From positions 1 through 64,000 of IMG/VR virus record IMGVR_UViG_3300020180_000013: 64,000 bases of DNA; one strand, given 5' to 3'. Position 1 is the first letter of the stretch; every line of letters starts with the position of its first letter. Origin of the DNA: a virus. The position numbers were made by a program, and so were the translations under genes. Under the pieces are notes generated by a model. It was not told the DNA's origin and searched no databases. It worked only from the letters and a program-made list of their open reading frames with translations. Shown here one piece after another: positions 1 to 7,995 of this stretch.

Positions 1-2
1 AT

Positions 3-368
3 AAAATTCCTTTAGATAGTAGAATAAAAGACTATTCTGATATAATTGATGAATTAAAAATTAAAGAATTAACTATAAATGACTTTGGTTTTCTACCTGA
101 AAATCAAAGAATAAAACTTTTTGCTTCACATAAAATACGAAATATAGTAGATGTAATAAATGAAGGATGGGTTCCTAATTTTAATGATTCTACTGAAAGA
201 AAATATTATCCTTACTTTATCAAAAGGAATGGTGTCTGGGGTTTCGGCTTCTCTGATTATCGTGATAGTGCTTATTCTTACGGCATGGTTGGGCTTTACC
301 AAACTGAAGAAAAGTCTAATTTTGTAGGTAAAAAATTTTTGGATATTTATAGTGATTATTTAGATTAA
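3..368 (+). CDS. DGR target protein, 5'-truncated by the window edge; variable region near the C-terminus
   Basis: Open frame 3..368 translated by hand: ...INEGWVPNFNDSTERKYYPYFIKRNGVWGFGFSDYRDSAYSYGMVGLYQTEEKSNFVGKKFLDIYSDYLD*. It contains VR 231-299. It is absent from the ORF track because it has no start inside the window. Confidence 0.85.
   Translation, partial: KIPLDSRIKDYSDIIDELKIKELTINDFGFLPENQRIKLFASHKIRNIVDVINEGWVPNFNDSTERKYYPYFIKRNGVWGFGFSDYRDSAYSYGMVGLYQTEEKSNFVGKKFLDIYSDYLD
231..299 (+). repeat. DGR variable repeat (VR)
   Basis: 69-nt ungapped match to 391-459 with 51/69 identity; 17 of the 18 mismatches are at TR adenines. Confidence 0.92.
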
Positions 369-390
369 TAATATGGTTAAGCATTTAACT

Positions 391-459
391 AGTGTCTGGA
401 GTTTCAACAACTCTAATTATCATAATAGTGATAATTCTAACAGCCAAGTTGAGCTATAC
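391..459 (+). repeat. DGR template repeat (TR)
   Basis: Non-coding AAC/AAT-rich copy of the VR: agt gtc tgg agt ttc aac aac tct aat tat cat aat agt gat aat tct aac agc caa gtt gag cta tac. Confidence 0.92.
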
Positions 460-486
460 TTTAATAGTAAGTAATAGATACTAACC

Positions 487-501
487 TTAGCATCATGCTA
501 A
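487..501 (+). other. Hairpin in the post-TR spacer, putative DGR RNA element
   Basis: ttagca-tca-tgctaa perfect stem followed by an A-run, 27 nt after the TR. Confidence 0.5.
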
Positions 502-537
502 AAAATAGATAAGTAAAAATAAGATCTTAGTAAATAA

Positions 538-960
538 TTGAAAAGTTCTTTTAATAAAAGTAAATTAACTATTGTGGCAAAATTACCGGTAACTGTGGTG
601 TATAAAATAGATGAGGATGGAAATCTTCAACCTAATACAGAAGCAGATAGAATAATGAAAGATTTATTTAAGAAAGATTGTAAACAAGGAGAACTTGTAG
701 AGATAACTTATGAAATACAAAATAATGATCACTCATACGGTCAACTAAGTAAGGTGAAACCTATGGTAAGAGAATTAGCTGCAGAGACTGGAGTAACTTT
801 TATGGAAATGGAAAAGATAATTAAGGAGAAAGTTGGCTTAGTAAATTCTGATGGATCAGTTAAGTCATTTGGAGATTGTAGTAAACAAGAAGTAAGTTCT
901 GCTATACAGGCTTGTGAAGAGTTAATGAGTTTTATACGACCAGCAATAGATGAGCAATGA
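538..960 (+). CDS. Hypothetical protein, possibly NinB/Orf-like; true start may be GTG at 574
   Basis: ORF track; the segment HSYGQLSKVKPMVRELAAETG...SFGDCSKQEVS loosely resembles NinB-family patterns. Confidence 0.45.
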   Translation: MKSSFNKSKLTIVAKLPVTVVYKIDEDGNLQPNTEADRIMKDLFKKDCKQGELVEITYEIQNNDHSYGQLSKVKPMVRELAAETGVTFMEMEKIIKEKVGLVNSDGSVKSFGDCSKQEVSSAIQACEELMSFIRPAIDEQ

Positions 961-1249
961 TACAGATTATCCAACAGAATTAGATCTTACTCTTATTGAG
1001 AAATGGGATCTAAAAGAACAAGGAGTATTAGAGTTATTAGAATTTGTAAAAAGTAAATGGTGGATGGCTGATTGGGGATTTATACTCTCTGGTGAAGAAG
1101 AATTCACTCTCTCATTATCTACTGGAGGATGGAGTGGAAATGAGGATATTATAAGAGCTCTTAAAAAGAATTTTATATTCTGGAGTATGTATTGGCAGAT
1201 GAATAGAAGAGGAGGACATTATCAATTTAAGATTACTCTTTCAAAATAG
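950..1249 (+). CDS. Hypothetical phage protein with a TGGWSGNE motif
   Basis: ORF overlapping the upstream gene; Trp/Gly-rich motifs. Confidence 0.6.
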   Translation: MSNDTDYPTELDLTLIEKWDLKEQGVLELLEFVKSKWWMADWGFILSGEEEFTLSLSTGGWSGNEDIIRALKKNFIFWSMYWQMNRRGGHYQFKITLSK

Positions 1250-1547
1250 ATTTTGAAACTGGGTCATATACCTTTTTTGTAATCTTATTTTGAGCTTTAG
1301 CTGCATCTTCATATTGATTACATAACCAGAGTATAGTATGCATGTGATATGTTAATGGGTCTTTATCAGCTTCTCCATTATTGATTTTAGCTATCAACTC
1401 AGAAAATTGCTGTACATTTTTAATAGGAAAGAAATGAAATAACATGGCTTGTAATCTTTGATATAGAACATTATCTACTGTGATTTGTATCTCAGTTCCA
1501 TTCTCTATAATATCTACTGGTATATGAGCACTAGTGTCTTCTGCCAT
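1233..1547 (-). CDS. Hypothetical protein, lone antisense gene in the early block; likely start ATG 1547
   Basis: Fills the gap between + genes; protein-like composition; TAnnTTTG box directly upstream. Confidence 0.65.
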   Translation of the reverse strand: MAEDTSAHIPVDIIENGTEIQITVDNVLYQRLQAMLFHFFPIKNVQQFSELIAKINNGEADKDPLTYHMHTILWLCNQYEDAAKAQNKITKKVYDPVSKSILKE

Positions 1548-1562
1548 GTGGTTTAGTTTTAA

Positions 1563-1570
1563 CAAATATA
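1563..1570 (-). promoter_or_regulatory. Bacteroidota-type -7 promoter box (TATATTTG)
   Basis: Exact TAnnTTTG match on the - strand, 15 nt upstream of ATG 1547. Confidence 0.5.
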
Positions 1571-1587
1571 ATTCAAAAAAGTAAGTT

Positions 1588-2304
1588 ATGGAAAAAACTA
1601 TAGATCTAGCTGTAATAAAGCAAAAATTATATGAAAGATTAAGTCCTAGTGGATGGGGAAGTAGGCTTAAATCCTTTCTATTAAGTGAGGAAATGGATAA
1701 GATTTTAGGTAAGCTCTATGAAGAGAGTCAGGATGGAAAAAGGTTTACCCCAGTCTTAAAGCAGGTATTTAGAGCATTTGAAGAATGTCCTTATGGAGAA
1801 TTAAAGGTAGTTATGCTAGGACAAGATGCATATCCACAATTAGGAGTGGCTGATGGTATAGCATTCTCTTGTAGTAATACAGGAGTATTACAACCATCTT
1901 TAAAATATATTCTTCAGGAAGTCCATAGTACTGTATATGGAATGGATAAGTCTTATGATTATAATCCAGATTTAAAACACTGGGCCAATCAAGGAGTTTT
2001 ACTTATTAATACTGCATTTACTACTAGTACTGGTAGAGTAGGTGCTCACTATCTTATATGGAAACCTTTTTTGACATTTGTATTAGATATTATATCTTCA
2101 TATAATCCTGGGATGATCTATGTGTTCTTAGGAAAGGAATCTCAGAAGTATGCAGATTTAATTCCGGATAATACTTATAAAATAATGGTATCACATCCTG
2201 CATCAGCTGCTTATGCTAATGCTAAGACATGGGATTCAGAAGATGTATTTAATAAAATTAATAATTTATTAAGAGTCAATAATAATTTAAAAATTACATG
2301 GTAA
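1588..2304 (+). CDS. ung: Uracil-DNA glycosylase, family 1
   Basis: Motifs VVMLGQDAY (canonical GQDPY), ADGIAFS, PSL, WANQGVLLINTAFT and SHP. Confidence 0.92.
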   Translation: MEKTIDLAVIKQKLYERLSPSGWGSRLKSFLLSEEMDKILGKLYEESQDGKRFTPVLKQVFRAFEECPYGELKVVMLGQDAYPQLGVADGIAFSCSNTGVLQPSLKYILQEVHSTVYGMDKSYDYNPDLKHWANQGVLLINTAFTTSTGRVGAHYLIWKPFLTFVLDIISSYNPGMIYVFLGKESQKYADLIPDNTYKIMVSHPASAAYANAKTWDSEDVFNKINNLLRVNNNLKITW

Positions 2305-2384
2305 TGAAAACTTTATGGAATAGATTTTCAGATTGGTTTGATAAACATTTTGCATGGTTTTTTACTAATGGTAACAAAAACTAA
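2304..2384 (+). CDS. 26-aa aromatic micropeptide MKTLWNRFSDWFDKHFAWFFTNGNKN
   Basis: ATG overlaps the ung stop (TAATG); its stop lies 1 nt before the next ATG at 2386. Confidence 0.55.
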   Translation: MKTLWNRFSDWFDKHFAWFFTNGNKN

Positions 2385-2385
2385 T

Positions 2386-2607
2386 ATGACAGAAGAAGAA
2401 AAAATTAAGCTTAATAAACTTAAGCTCTTAAAAAAGACCAATGAAATGATCTTTATTCTTAGAGGAAAAAAGAGTTGGTTTTCAGATTTGGAAATTAATA
2501 ATCCAAGATTTGTGGATTTAATGGCTTCAGGAGTTAAAATGGCTTTTGATAAAACTATTGAGGCAATGAATGAGGAATTTGATAAACCTTTCAAAAGAAG
2601 AATATAA
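2386..2607 (+). CDS. Hypothetical protein; start revised to ATG 2386
   Basis: ORF track 2338..2607; the ATG at 2386 follows the micropeptide stop. Confidence 0.55.
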   Translation: MTEEEKIKLNKLKLLKKTNEMIFILRGKKSWFSDLEINNPRFVDLMASGVKMAFDKTIEAMNEEFDKPFKRRI

Positions 2608-2612
2608 TTACT

Positions 2613-2774
2613 ATGAAAAAAATTAGTAGTAAAAAACAAAAGTGGCCAGAAGAAAAATTAACCGGATATTCCAAAGAATGTTTTGAAGCTCTAGCTTATA
2701 TTGTAGGAGATAGAGAAATAGCAATGGGCTATCTTGGAGTATTTGAGGATATTCATAAGAAATATAAAAAATAA
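2613..2774 (+). CDS. Small hypothetical protein (53 aa)
   Basis: Hand translation MKKISSKKQKWPEEKLTGYSKECFEALAYIVGDREIAMGYLGVFEDIHKKYKK*; tiles the gap between neighbours. Confidence 0.55.
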   Translation: MKKISSKKQKWPEEKLTGYSKECFEALAYIVGDREIAMGYLGVFEDIHKKYKK

Positions 2775-2780
2775 TAAAAT

Positions 2781-3161
2781 ATGATTAAATATATGAAAAA
2801 TGTATCTTATGTGGCTATACCTGGTTTGACCTATACTAATGAGATCACTAAAGAAATTATGTATAGTTCTTGTCACCAAGTGGCTACTAAAATATGTAAT
2901 TTATACGGTATAACACTAGAGATACTTAGTTCTAAAAGAAGATATAGAAATGTTGTATTACCTAGACAAATCTATTGTTACATGTGTAAGAAATATGTAA
3001 TGCCCAGACCAACATTAAAACTAATTGGTAATTTTATTAATGTAAATCATGCTACTGTTATTCACTCTATTACTACAGTAGAGAATCTTATGTCCACAGA
3101 TACAGAGTTTTCATTAATTATGAAATCAATTGATAAAAAATTTAAACAAAGTAATATCTAG
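2781..3161 (+). CDS. DnaA C-terminal (domain IV)-like helix-turn-helix protein
   Basis: SKRRYRNVVLPRQIYCYMC...TLKLIGNFINVNHATVIHSITTVE matches the DnaA DNA-binding-domain pattern (PRQIAMYL...IG..F..RDHTTVLH). Confidence 0.8.
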   Translation: MIKYMKNVSYVAIPGLTYTNEITKEIMYSSCHQVATKICNLYGITLEILSSKRRYRNVVLPRQIYCYMCKKYVMPRPTLKLIGNFINVNHATVIHSITTVENLMSTDTEFSLIMKSIDKKFKQSNI

Positions 3162-3164
3162 TAT

Positions 3165-3407
3165 ATGAACAATACTGATTATCCTGTAGGTTCCGATACC
3201 TCAGATGCTCCCTGGAATGAGCAAGATTATGGAGATAAAGAATGTCCTGTATGTATGGGAGATAAATATTTATATTATGCTCCTACAGATAGTGACGGAG
3301 AATATAATAAAGAGTCCTGTCATAATTGTGATGGTAGTGGAGTTATTCCTATGAATAGGCAAGATCATTTAGATAGACTAGAATCTAAAAGAGAAGATAT
3401 GAAATAG
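3165..3407 (+). CDS. Small DnaJ-like zinc-finger protein
   Basis: CPVCMGD and CHNCDGSG motifs. Confidence 0.65.
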   Translation: MNNTDYPVGSDTSDAPWNEQDYGDKECPVCMGDKYLYYAPTDSDGEYNKESCHNCDGSGVIPMNRQDHLDRLESKREDMK

Positions 3408-3437
3408 AAAAACCGGAGTTTTTACTTCCGGTTTTCT
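3406..3437 (+). terminator. Hairpin, putative intrinsic terminator
   Basis: aaaaccgga...tccggtttt inverted repeat immediately after the stop at 3407. Confidence 0.5.
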
Positions 3438-3519
3438 ATGAGTGTTCAGCTTGACTAACTATGAACAAAGAAATATTTTTTACCCCTATTAGTTCTTTTT
3501 TGACTTCTGAAATAAAGAT

Positions 3520-4155
3520 ATGGATTTAATTTTAAAATACTATAAAAAATATATTAACATGCTCGAGATATTTAATTTATTGGCTAAATATGAGCTTTCT
3601 CCTAATCAATATTATATGTTGATTAGCATGAAAGAAGGAATTAGTTGTCCTCAGATAAATGAGGCTCAGGAGCTTAGAGCTCTTATAAGTAAAGATTTTA
3701 TATATACTGGTGAAAAGGATCTTACTCAAAAATCTTTTGATATTATAGCTGAGGTTGAAGGAATGGTTAAACTAGCTAGTAAGAAAGTTACCAAGGCTGT
3801 ATTAGGTCCGGAAGCTAGTGATAGTATAGATAAGTATAGAGAGATGTGGAATATGGGTAAACTACCTTCTGGAGTACCGGCCCGGGTTAATAAGAAAGAA
3901 CTAGAGACTAAATTTCAGAAGTTTTTTCAGAAGTATACTTATAGTTGGGAAGAGATCTTAGCAGCCACTGCTTATTATATAGATCAGTTTGAAAGAAATA
4001 GTCCTCCTTATCTGTATATGAAGAATTCAAGTTACTTTATCTCCAAGATGACTCAGGATAAATCCCAAGAATCAACATTAGCTAATTATATAGAGCTAAT
4101 GAGAAGTGGAGATGATGAATTAAAAGCTAAAACATTTAGTGAAAAAGTAGTATGA
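3520..4155 (+). CDS. Hypothetical replication-region protein, possible initiator or helicase loader
   Basis: 211-aa ORF upstream of dnaB with a winged-helix-like N-terminus; function inferred from position only. Confidence 0.45.
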   Translation: MDLILKYYKKYINMLEIFNLLAKYELSPNQYYMLISMKEGISCPQINEAQELRALISKDFIYTGEKDLTQKSFDIIAEVEGMVKLASKKVTKAVLGPEASDSIDKYREMWNMGKLPSGVPARVNKKELETKFQKFFQKYTYSWEEILAATAYYIDQFERNSPPYLYMKNSSYFISKMTQDKSQESTLANYIELMRSGDDELKAKTFSEKVV

Positions 4156-4367
4156 GTCCTTCTACTATCCTACCTACATATATTAGAGAGGACTTATATA
4201 ATATGGGATTAGATTATTACTTTGCATTTATAGGAAATAATTTTATTATTACATGCAATGATATTGATATATTCACATTTTATGTACATCCTAACTATCC
4301 TATTTGGGAAACTATGATATTAGATACTATAAAAAGGCTATTCAAAAAGAAATTGATCCATGACTAG
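4152..4367 (+). CDS. Hypothetical protein
   Basis: Short ORF coupled to neighbours by overlaps. Confidence 0.55.
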   Translation: MSPSTILPTYIREDLYNMGLDYYFAFIGNNFIITCNDIDIFTFYVHPNYPIWETMILDTIKRLFKKKLIHD

Positions 4368-4617
4368 AGAAGATGTATTTCAGAAATTTAAAGATATGGG
4401 TCTTATCATAGCAGATGATGTAGAATACCCGTGTTGGATTACTCCAAATAGATCTCATATTATTAATATCGACCATTATACAGATAGTGGGATTGGAAAT
4501 AATACCGGTGGTATACTTATCCAGAAGATGGATGAAAGTGAAATGGGAAGATGGTATGATTATGAATTAGGTATAAAGATGATACAAGGTATAATAAAGA
4601 AAGCTATAGATCCATGA
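4360..4617 (+). CDS. Hypothetical protein, paralogue of 4614..4865
   Basis: KDMGLIIADD..WITP motif shared with the next ORF. Confidence 0.6.
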   Translation: MTREDVFQKFKDMGLIIADDVEYPCWITPNRSHIINIDHYTDSGIGNNTGGILIQKMDESEMGRWYDYELGIKMIQGIIKKAIDP

Positions 4618-4865
4618 AACTTCAAAAAGAAAAGGATTTATTTATTAATAGACTTAAAGATCTTGGATTAGTAGAATATGCAGATGATTCATGGTATACT
4701 CCTGATTGTAAAATCTATGTATATGTACATTATGATTTAAGATATCAGTATCTTTTTATTAGAATATCTCCTTTGCCTATGCAATTAGATGGAGCCTGGA
4801 ATGCAGAAAATGCTATAAAAAGAATACAAGATTCTATTCAGGAAAATCTAGAATCTTGTAAATAA
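4614..4865 (+). CDS. Hypothetical protein, paralogue of 4360..4617
   Basis: KDLGLVEYADDSWYTP motif. Confidence 0.6.
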   Translation: MKLQKEKDLFINRLKDLGLVEYADDSWYTPDCKIYVYVHYDLRYQYLFIRISPLPMQLDGAWNAENAIKRIQDSIQENLESCK

Positions 4866-4999
4866 TTATTAATATTTTCTTGTTTAGTATAATAACTTTT
4901 TCTATTCTTGTAGTAGAGAATTACAATCCAAAATCTTAATAAAATGCCTCTTAAATCTAACAGATTAGGGGCATTCTTTCTCTAATAATTAACCAAAAT

Positions 5000-5983
5000 A
5001 TGACAGAAAAACCGTGGTCTAGTCAAAGAGATGGGTTCCTAAATAGTCTCCACTACATGAAAGGTAGAATGGAAGGAACTATAAAATCTCTCAAGACTCC
5101 ATGGGCTAAATTTAATGATGCTACTACTGATGGTTTAGAATGGAATTCTGTCACTATAATAGGTGGTAGACCGGCTAGTTTTAAAACAGGATTAAAAGAT
5201 CAGATAATAAGAGAATCATTTAAACTTAATCCTGGAGAAGACTTCCGGGTACTAGAATTCTCATTTGAGATGTTAGCTAGAACAACAGCTATAAGAGAAT
5301 ATAGTAGTATCCTTCAGAAGTCTTATAAATACTTATGTAGTGCAGATGGAAAATTAACTCAGGATGATCTAGACAAATGTTATGCTCATGCTAAAGAAAG
5401 AGTTAAATACCCGATAGATATAGTAGAAGAATCTACTACTGTAGATGAATTTGAGGAGATTGTTATAGAGTACATGAACAATCACTCTGAAGTAATAGAA
5501 AATAAAAAAGTATATAAGAAAACTATTGTTACAATTGATCATACTTTATTATTCAAATTATCTCCGGCTGAAAAAGGTAAGAATGATATGCTGTTTCATT
5601 TAGGTGAAGTTCTTACTAGGCTTAAGAGAAGATATCCTATTGCTTTTATTGTACTTACTCAACTCAATAGAAATGTTGATTCTCCGGAAAGGTGTGAGGA
5701 CGGTAAATATGGTAATTATATTCTTGAGTCAGATATATTTGGAGCTGATGCTATGCTTCAACATGCTGATGTTTTGATAGGTCTCAATAGACCGGGTAAG
5801 CAGAAAATTAGATTCTATGGGCCTGATAGATTTATAATAGATGATGATAAAGTAATAGTAATGCATTTTATTAAATGTAGAAATGGAGATACTAGGTTAA
5901 GTTTCTTTAGAGCAGAATTTGATAAAATGAGATTAGTAGAAATGAATACTCCAGGTCAACAAGAACGAAGATCTAAATCATAA
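5000..5983 (+). CDS. dnaB: DnaB-like SF4 replicative helicase, ATPase domain only
   Basis: GGRPASFKT (H1), FSFEM (H1a), TIDH (H2), LTQLNR (H3), ADAMLQHAD and KCRNG (H4). Confidence 0.88.
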   Translation: MTEKPWSSQRDGFLNSLHYMKGRMEGTIKSLKTPWAKFNDATTDGLEWNSVTIIGGRPASFKTGLKDQIIRESFKLNPGEDFRVLEFSFEMLARTTAIREYSSILQKSYKYLCSADGKLTQDDLDKCYAHAKERVKYPIDIVEESTTVDEFEEIVIEYMNNHSEVIENKKVYKKTIVTIDHTLLFKLSPAEKGKNDMLFHLGEVLTRLKRRYPIAFIVLTQLNRNVDSPERCEDGKYGNYILESDIFGADAMLQHADVLIGLNRPGKQKIRFYGPDRFIIDDDKVIVMHFIKCRNGDTRLSFFRAEFDKMRLVEMNTPGQQERRSKS

Positions 5984-5997
5984 TTAAAAATAATATC

Positions 5998-6549
5998 ATG
6001 AGTGAAGAAAAAATGAGTAAAGATGTAAGAGATGTTAGAACTGTAGAATTAAGAGTATGGCAGCAGCCAGTATTTGATAAATTAGGTTTACCAAATGCAT
6101 ATTATTTACCTAAGATGGCTTATCATGTTAATGGAGTATTAGTCATGGGTATGTTTGATAGTGAGATTAAACCTAATACAGATATTTATACTGAAAAAAC
6201 AAACTGGTATCATCAACCAGAATATCCGGGAGGAAAATTAATCACTGATACTAATGATAGACAGTTATTAAAATGGAATTTTAATCCTCATTGGCATGAA
6301 GAATATGGAAGGAAAGATGGCAAACCTAATGGAGCTGTTCTTATTCCTGTAGCAGAAATGATAACTATAGATAGAACTGAGGCATTACAAACAGAACTTG
6401 TAGCTGATTTTAATGATATAATGGATCCTGAAACAGATTCTCCAGTAGATCAATTAACAGGCAGAGATTGGGCAGCTATAATGTGGTCTAAACCGGTGGC
6501 TTCTAAGAAATGGCTTAATGAGCTAGTACAGAAAACATTTAAGAAGTAA
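5998..6549 (+). CDS. Hypothetical protein
   Basis: 183-aa ORF in the replication operon. Confidence 0.7.
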   Translation: MSEEKMSKDVRDVRTVELRVWQQPVFDKLGLPNAYYLPKMAYHVNGVLVMGMFDSEIKPNTDIYTEKTNWYHQPEYPGGKLITDTNDRQLLKWNFNPHWHEEYGRKDGKPNGAVLIPVAEMITIDRTEALQTELVADFNDIMDPETDSPVDQLTGRDWAAIMWSKPVASKKWLNELVQKTFKK

Positions 6550-6574
6550 TATTAATAATTCTAAAATTAAAACT

Positions 6575-7207
6575 ATGAGCAGAAGTGAAGAAACTAAAAT
6601 TAAAAATGTAGCTGAAAAATTTTTACAATGGAAGAATGGAGGATTTCAGTGGTATGATAAAGAAACTGAGACTAAGATGGAAATCAAATTACCTGTAAAA
6701 TTTCTTGTACTAGATACACTAAGTACAGTAAAAGGATACAGTGATGCAAATCAAAGTGGTTTCTGGAGTAATGAAGTAAGAGATACTAAAAAAGAAATCC
6801 TATCAGTATATACTAAAAAGGGATTAGCTGCAAAAGGACTCTATGAAGAAGTAAAAGTTCATGCTAATTGTACTGGAGCAAAATATTCTCAATCAGTATA
6901 TATAGCACTAATAGAAGGAGATACTCTTAGTTTATGCAATATTCAACTTATGGGGGCAGCTGTTAGTGCATGGATAGATTTTAGAAAAGATAATCCAGAT
7001 ATATTTACAGGAGGTATTGAGGTAGCTACTTCTATACAAGGAAAAAAAGGAGCAACTGTATATCAGATTCCTGTATTTACTAAAATAGAAGTTTCTAATG
7101 ACTTGAATGAAAAAGCAAAAGAACTTGATGTTATTTTACAACAATATTTAACTCAATATTTTAAGAAGAGTGATCCTACTATTGAAAATGATAATACTGA
7201 AAAATAA
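6575..7207 (+). CDS. Hypothetical protein, possibly ssDNA-binding
   Basis: 210-aa beta-rich, aromatic ORF; function is a guess. Confidence 0.5.
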   Translation: MSRSEETKIKNVAEKFLQWKNGGFQWYDKETETKMEIKLPVKFLVLDTLSTVKGYSDANQSGFWSNEVRDTKKEILSVYTKKGLAAKGLYEEVKVHANCTGAKYSQSVYIALIEGDTLSLCNIQLMGAAVSAWIDFRKDNPDIFTGGIEVATSIQGKKGATVYQIPVFTKIEVSNDLNEKAKELDVILQQYLTQYFKKSDPTIENDNTEK

Positions 7208-7212
7208 AAACT

Positions 7213-7929
7213 ATGGAAGAGAATAAAAAGATTAGTACAAAGAAAGCTCCTATTACAGGGAAATTAATAGAACCAGGAAATGTTATTGCTAAAATCAATA
7301 ATATAATCTTTGAAAAAGCAGTATTTAAAAAGAAAGATGAGAAGGATCCTGATTCATGGAATATAATATTTCATATAGAAGGTCCTGACCTTGGAAAAGA
7401 TTTTGAAGGATTCTTTATTGATTATGGTAATCCTGCAAAGGGGAGACACCGGGGATTAGTAGGAAAAGTAAAAGCAGATGAGTGGCCCTTTAAAGATGGA
7501 ATAACCAAAGGAGGTACTAAGATTGAAAGAGATAAATTACTATTGAGATTCCTTCATAATACTTGTGAGGCTCTTGGATTAAACTCCTGGCTTGATGAGG
7601 AAGATAATAAACATGATAGTGTAGATAGTCTTATCCAGAAATTCTGTACTGATGGTTTGTATAAAGACAAATGGCTTAGAATGTGTATTATGGGTAAAGA
7701 GTATCTTAATTCTAAAAAGTTCCTGAATTATGATATGGCATTTCCTAAGTTCTCTAAAACTAATGTTCCATTTGAACTAGAATCTGTTCCTGCTAGTCAG
7801 AGTAGAGTAATATTATTTGATCCTTCTACTCATATAAGAAAGAAGAAAGTTGAATCTGTAGAATCTTTTGGAGAAGAGGAGATTAAAGAAGAAACTCCTA
7901 AGACTGTGAATAAAGATTTTGAGTTATAA
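7213..7929 (+). CDS. Putative single-stranded DNA-binding protein
   Basis: Lies between helicase and primase; acidic tail ending in hydrophobic DFEL. Confidence 0.5.
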   Translation: MEENKKISTKKAPITGKLIEPGNVIAKINNIIFEKAVFKKKDEKDPDSWNIIFHIEGPDLGKDFEGFFIDYGNPAKGRHRGLVGKVKADEWPFKDGITKGGTKIERDKLLLRFLHNTCEALGLNSWLDEEDNKHDSVDSLIQKFCTDGLYKDKWLRMCIMGKEYLNSKKFLNYDMAFPKFSKTNVPFELESVPASQSRVILFDPSTHIRKKKVESVESFGEEEIKEETPKTVNKDFEL

Positions 7930-7946
7930 TCTAATCTATGATAGTG

Positions 7947-7974
7947 AAGAGCCGGAGAAATCTGGCTCTTTTTT
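7947..7974 (+). terminator. Intrinsic terminator
   Basis: aagagccgga-gaaa-tctggctctt followed by a T-run. Confidence 0.75.
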
Positions 7975-7995
7975 ATCTTTAATCCCTGATGTGTT

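Noticed and set aside
1818-1836. Altered UDG specificity from GQDAY instead of GQDPY
   Set aside because: The catalytic Asp and His and the uracil-pocket Tyr, Phe and Asn appear intact.
5160-5192. Inactive helicase because Walker A reads GRPASFKT instead of GKT
   Set aside because: The Lys-Thr, catalytic Glu, Walker B and arginine finger are all retained; one substitution is insufficient evidence.
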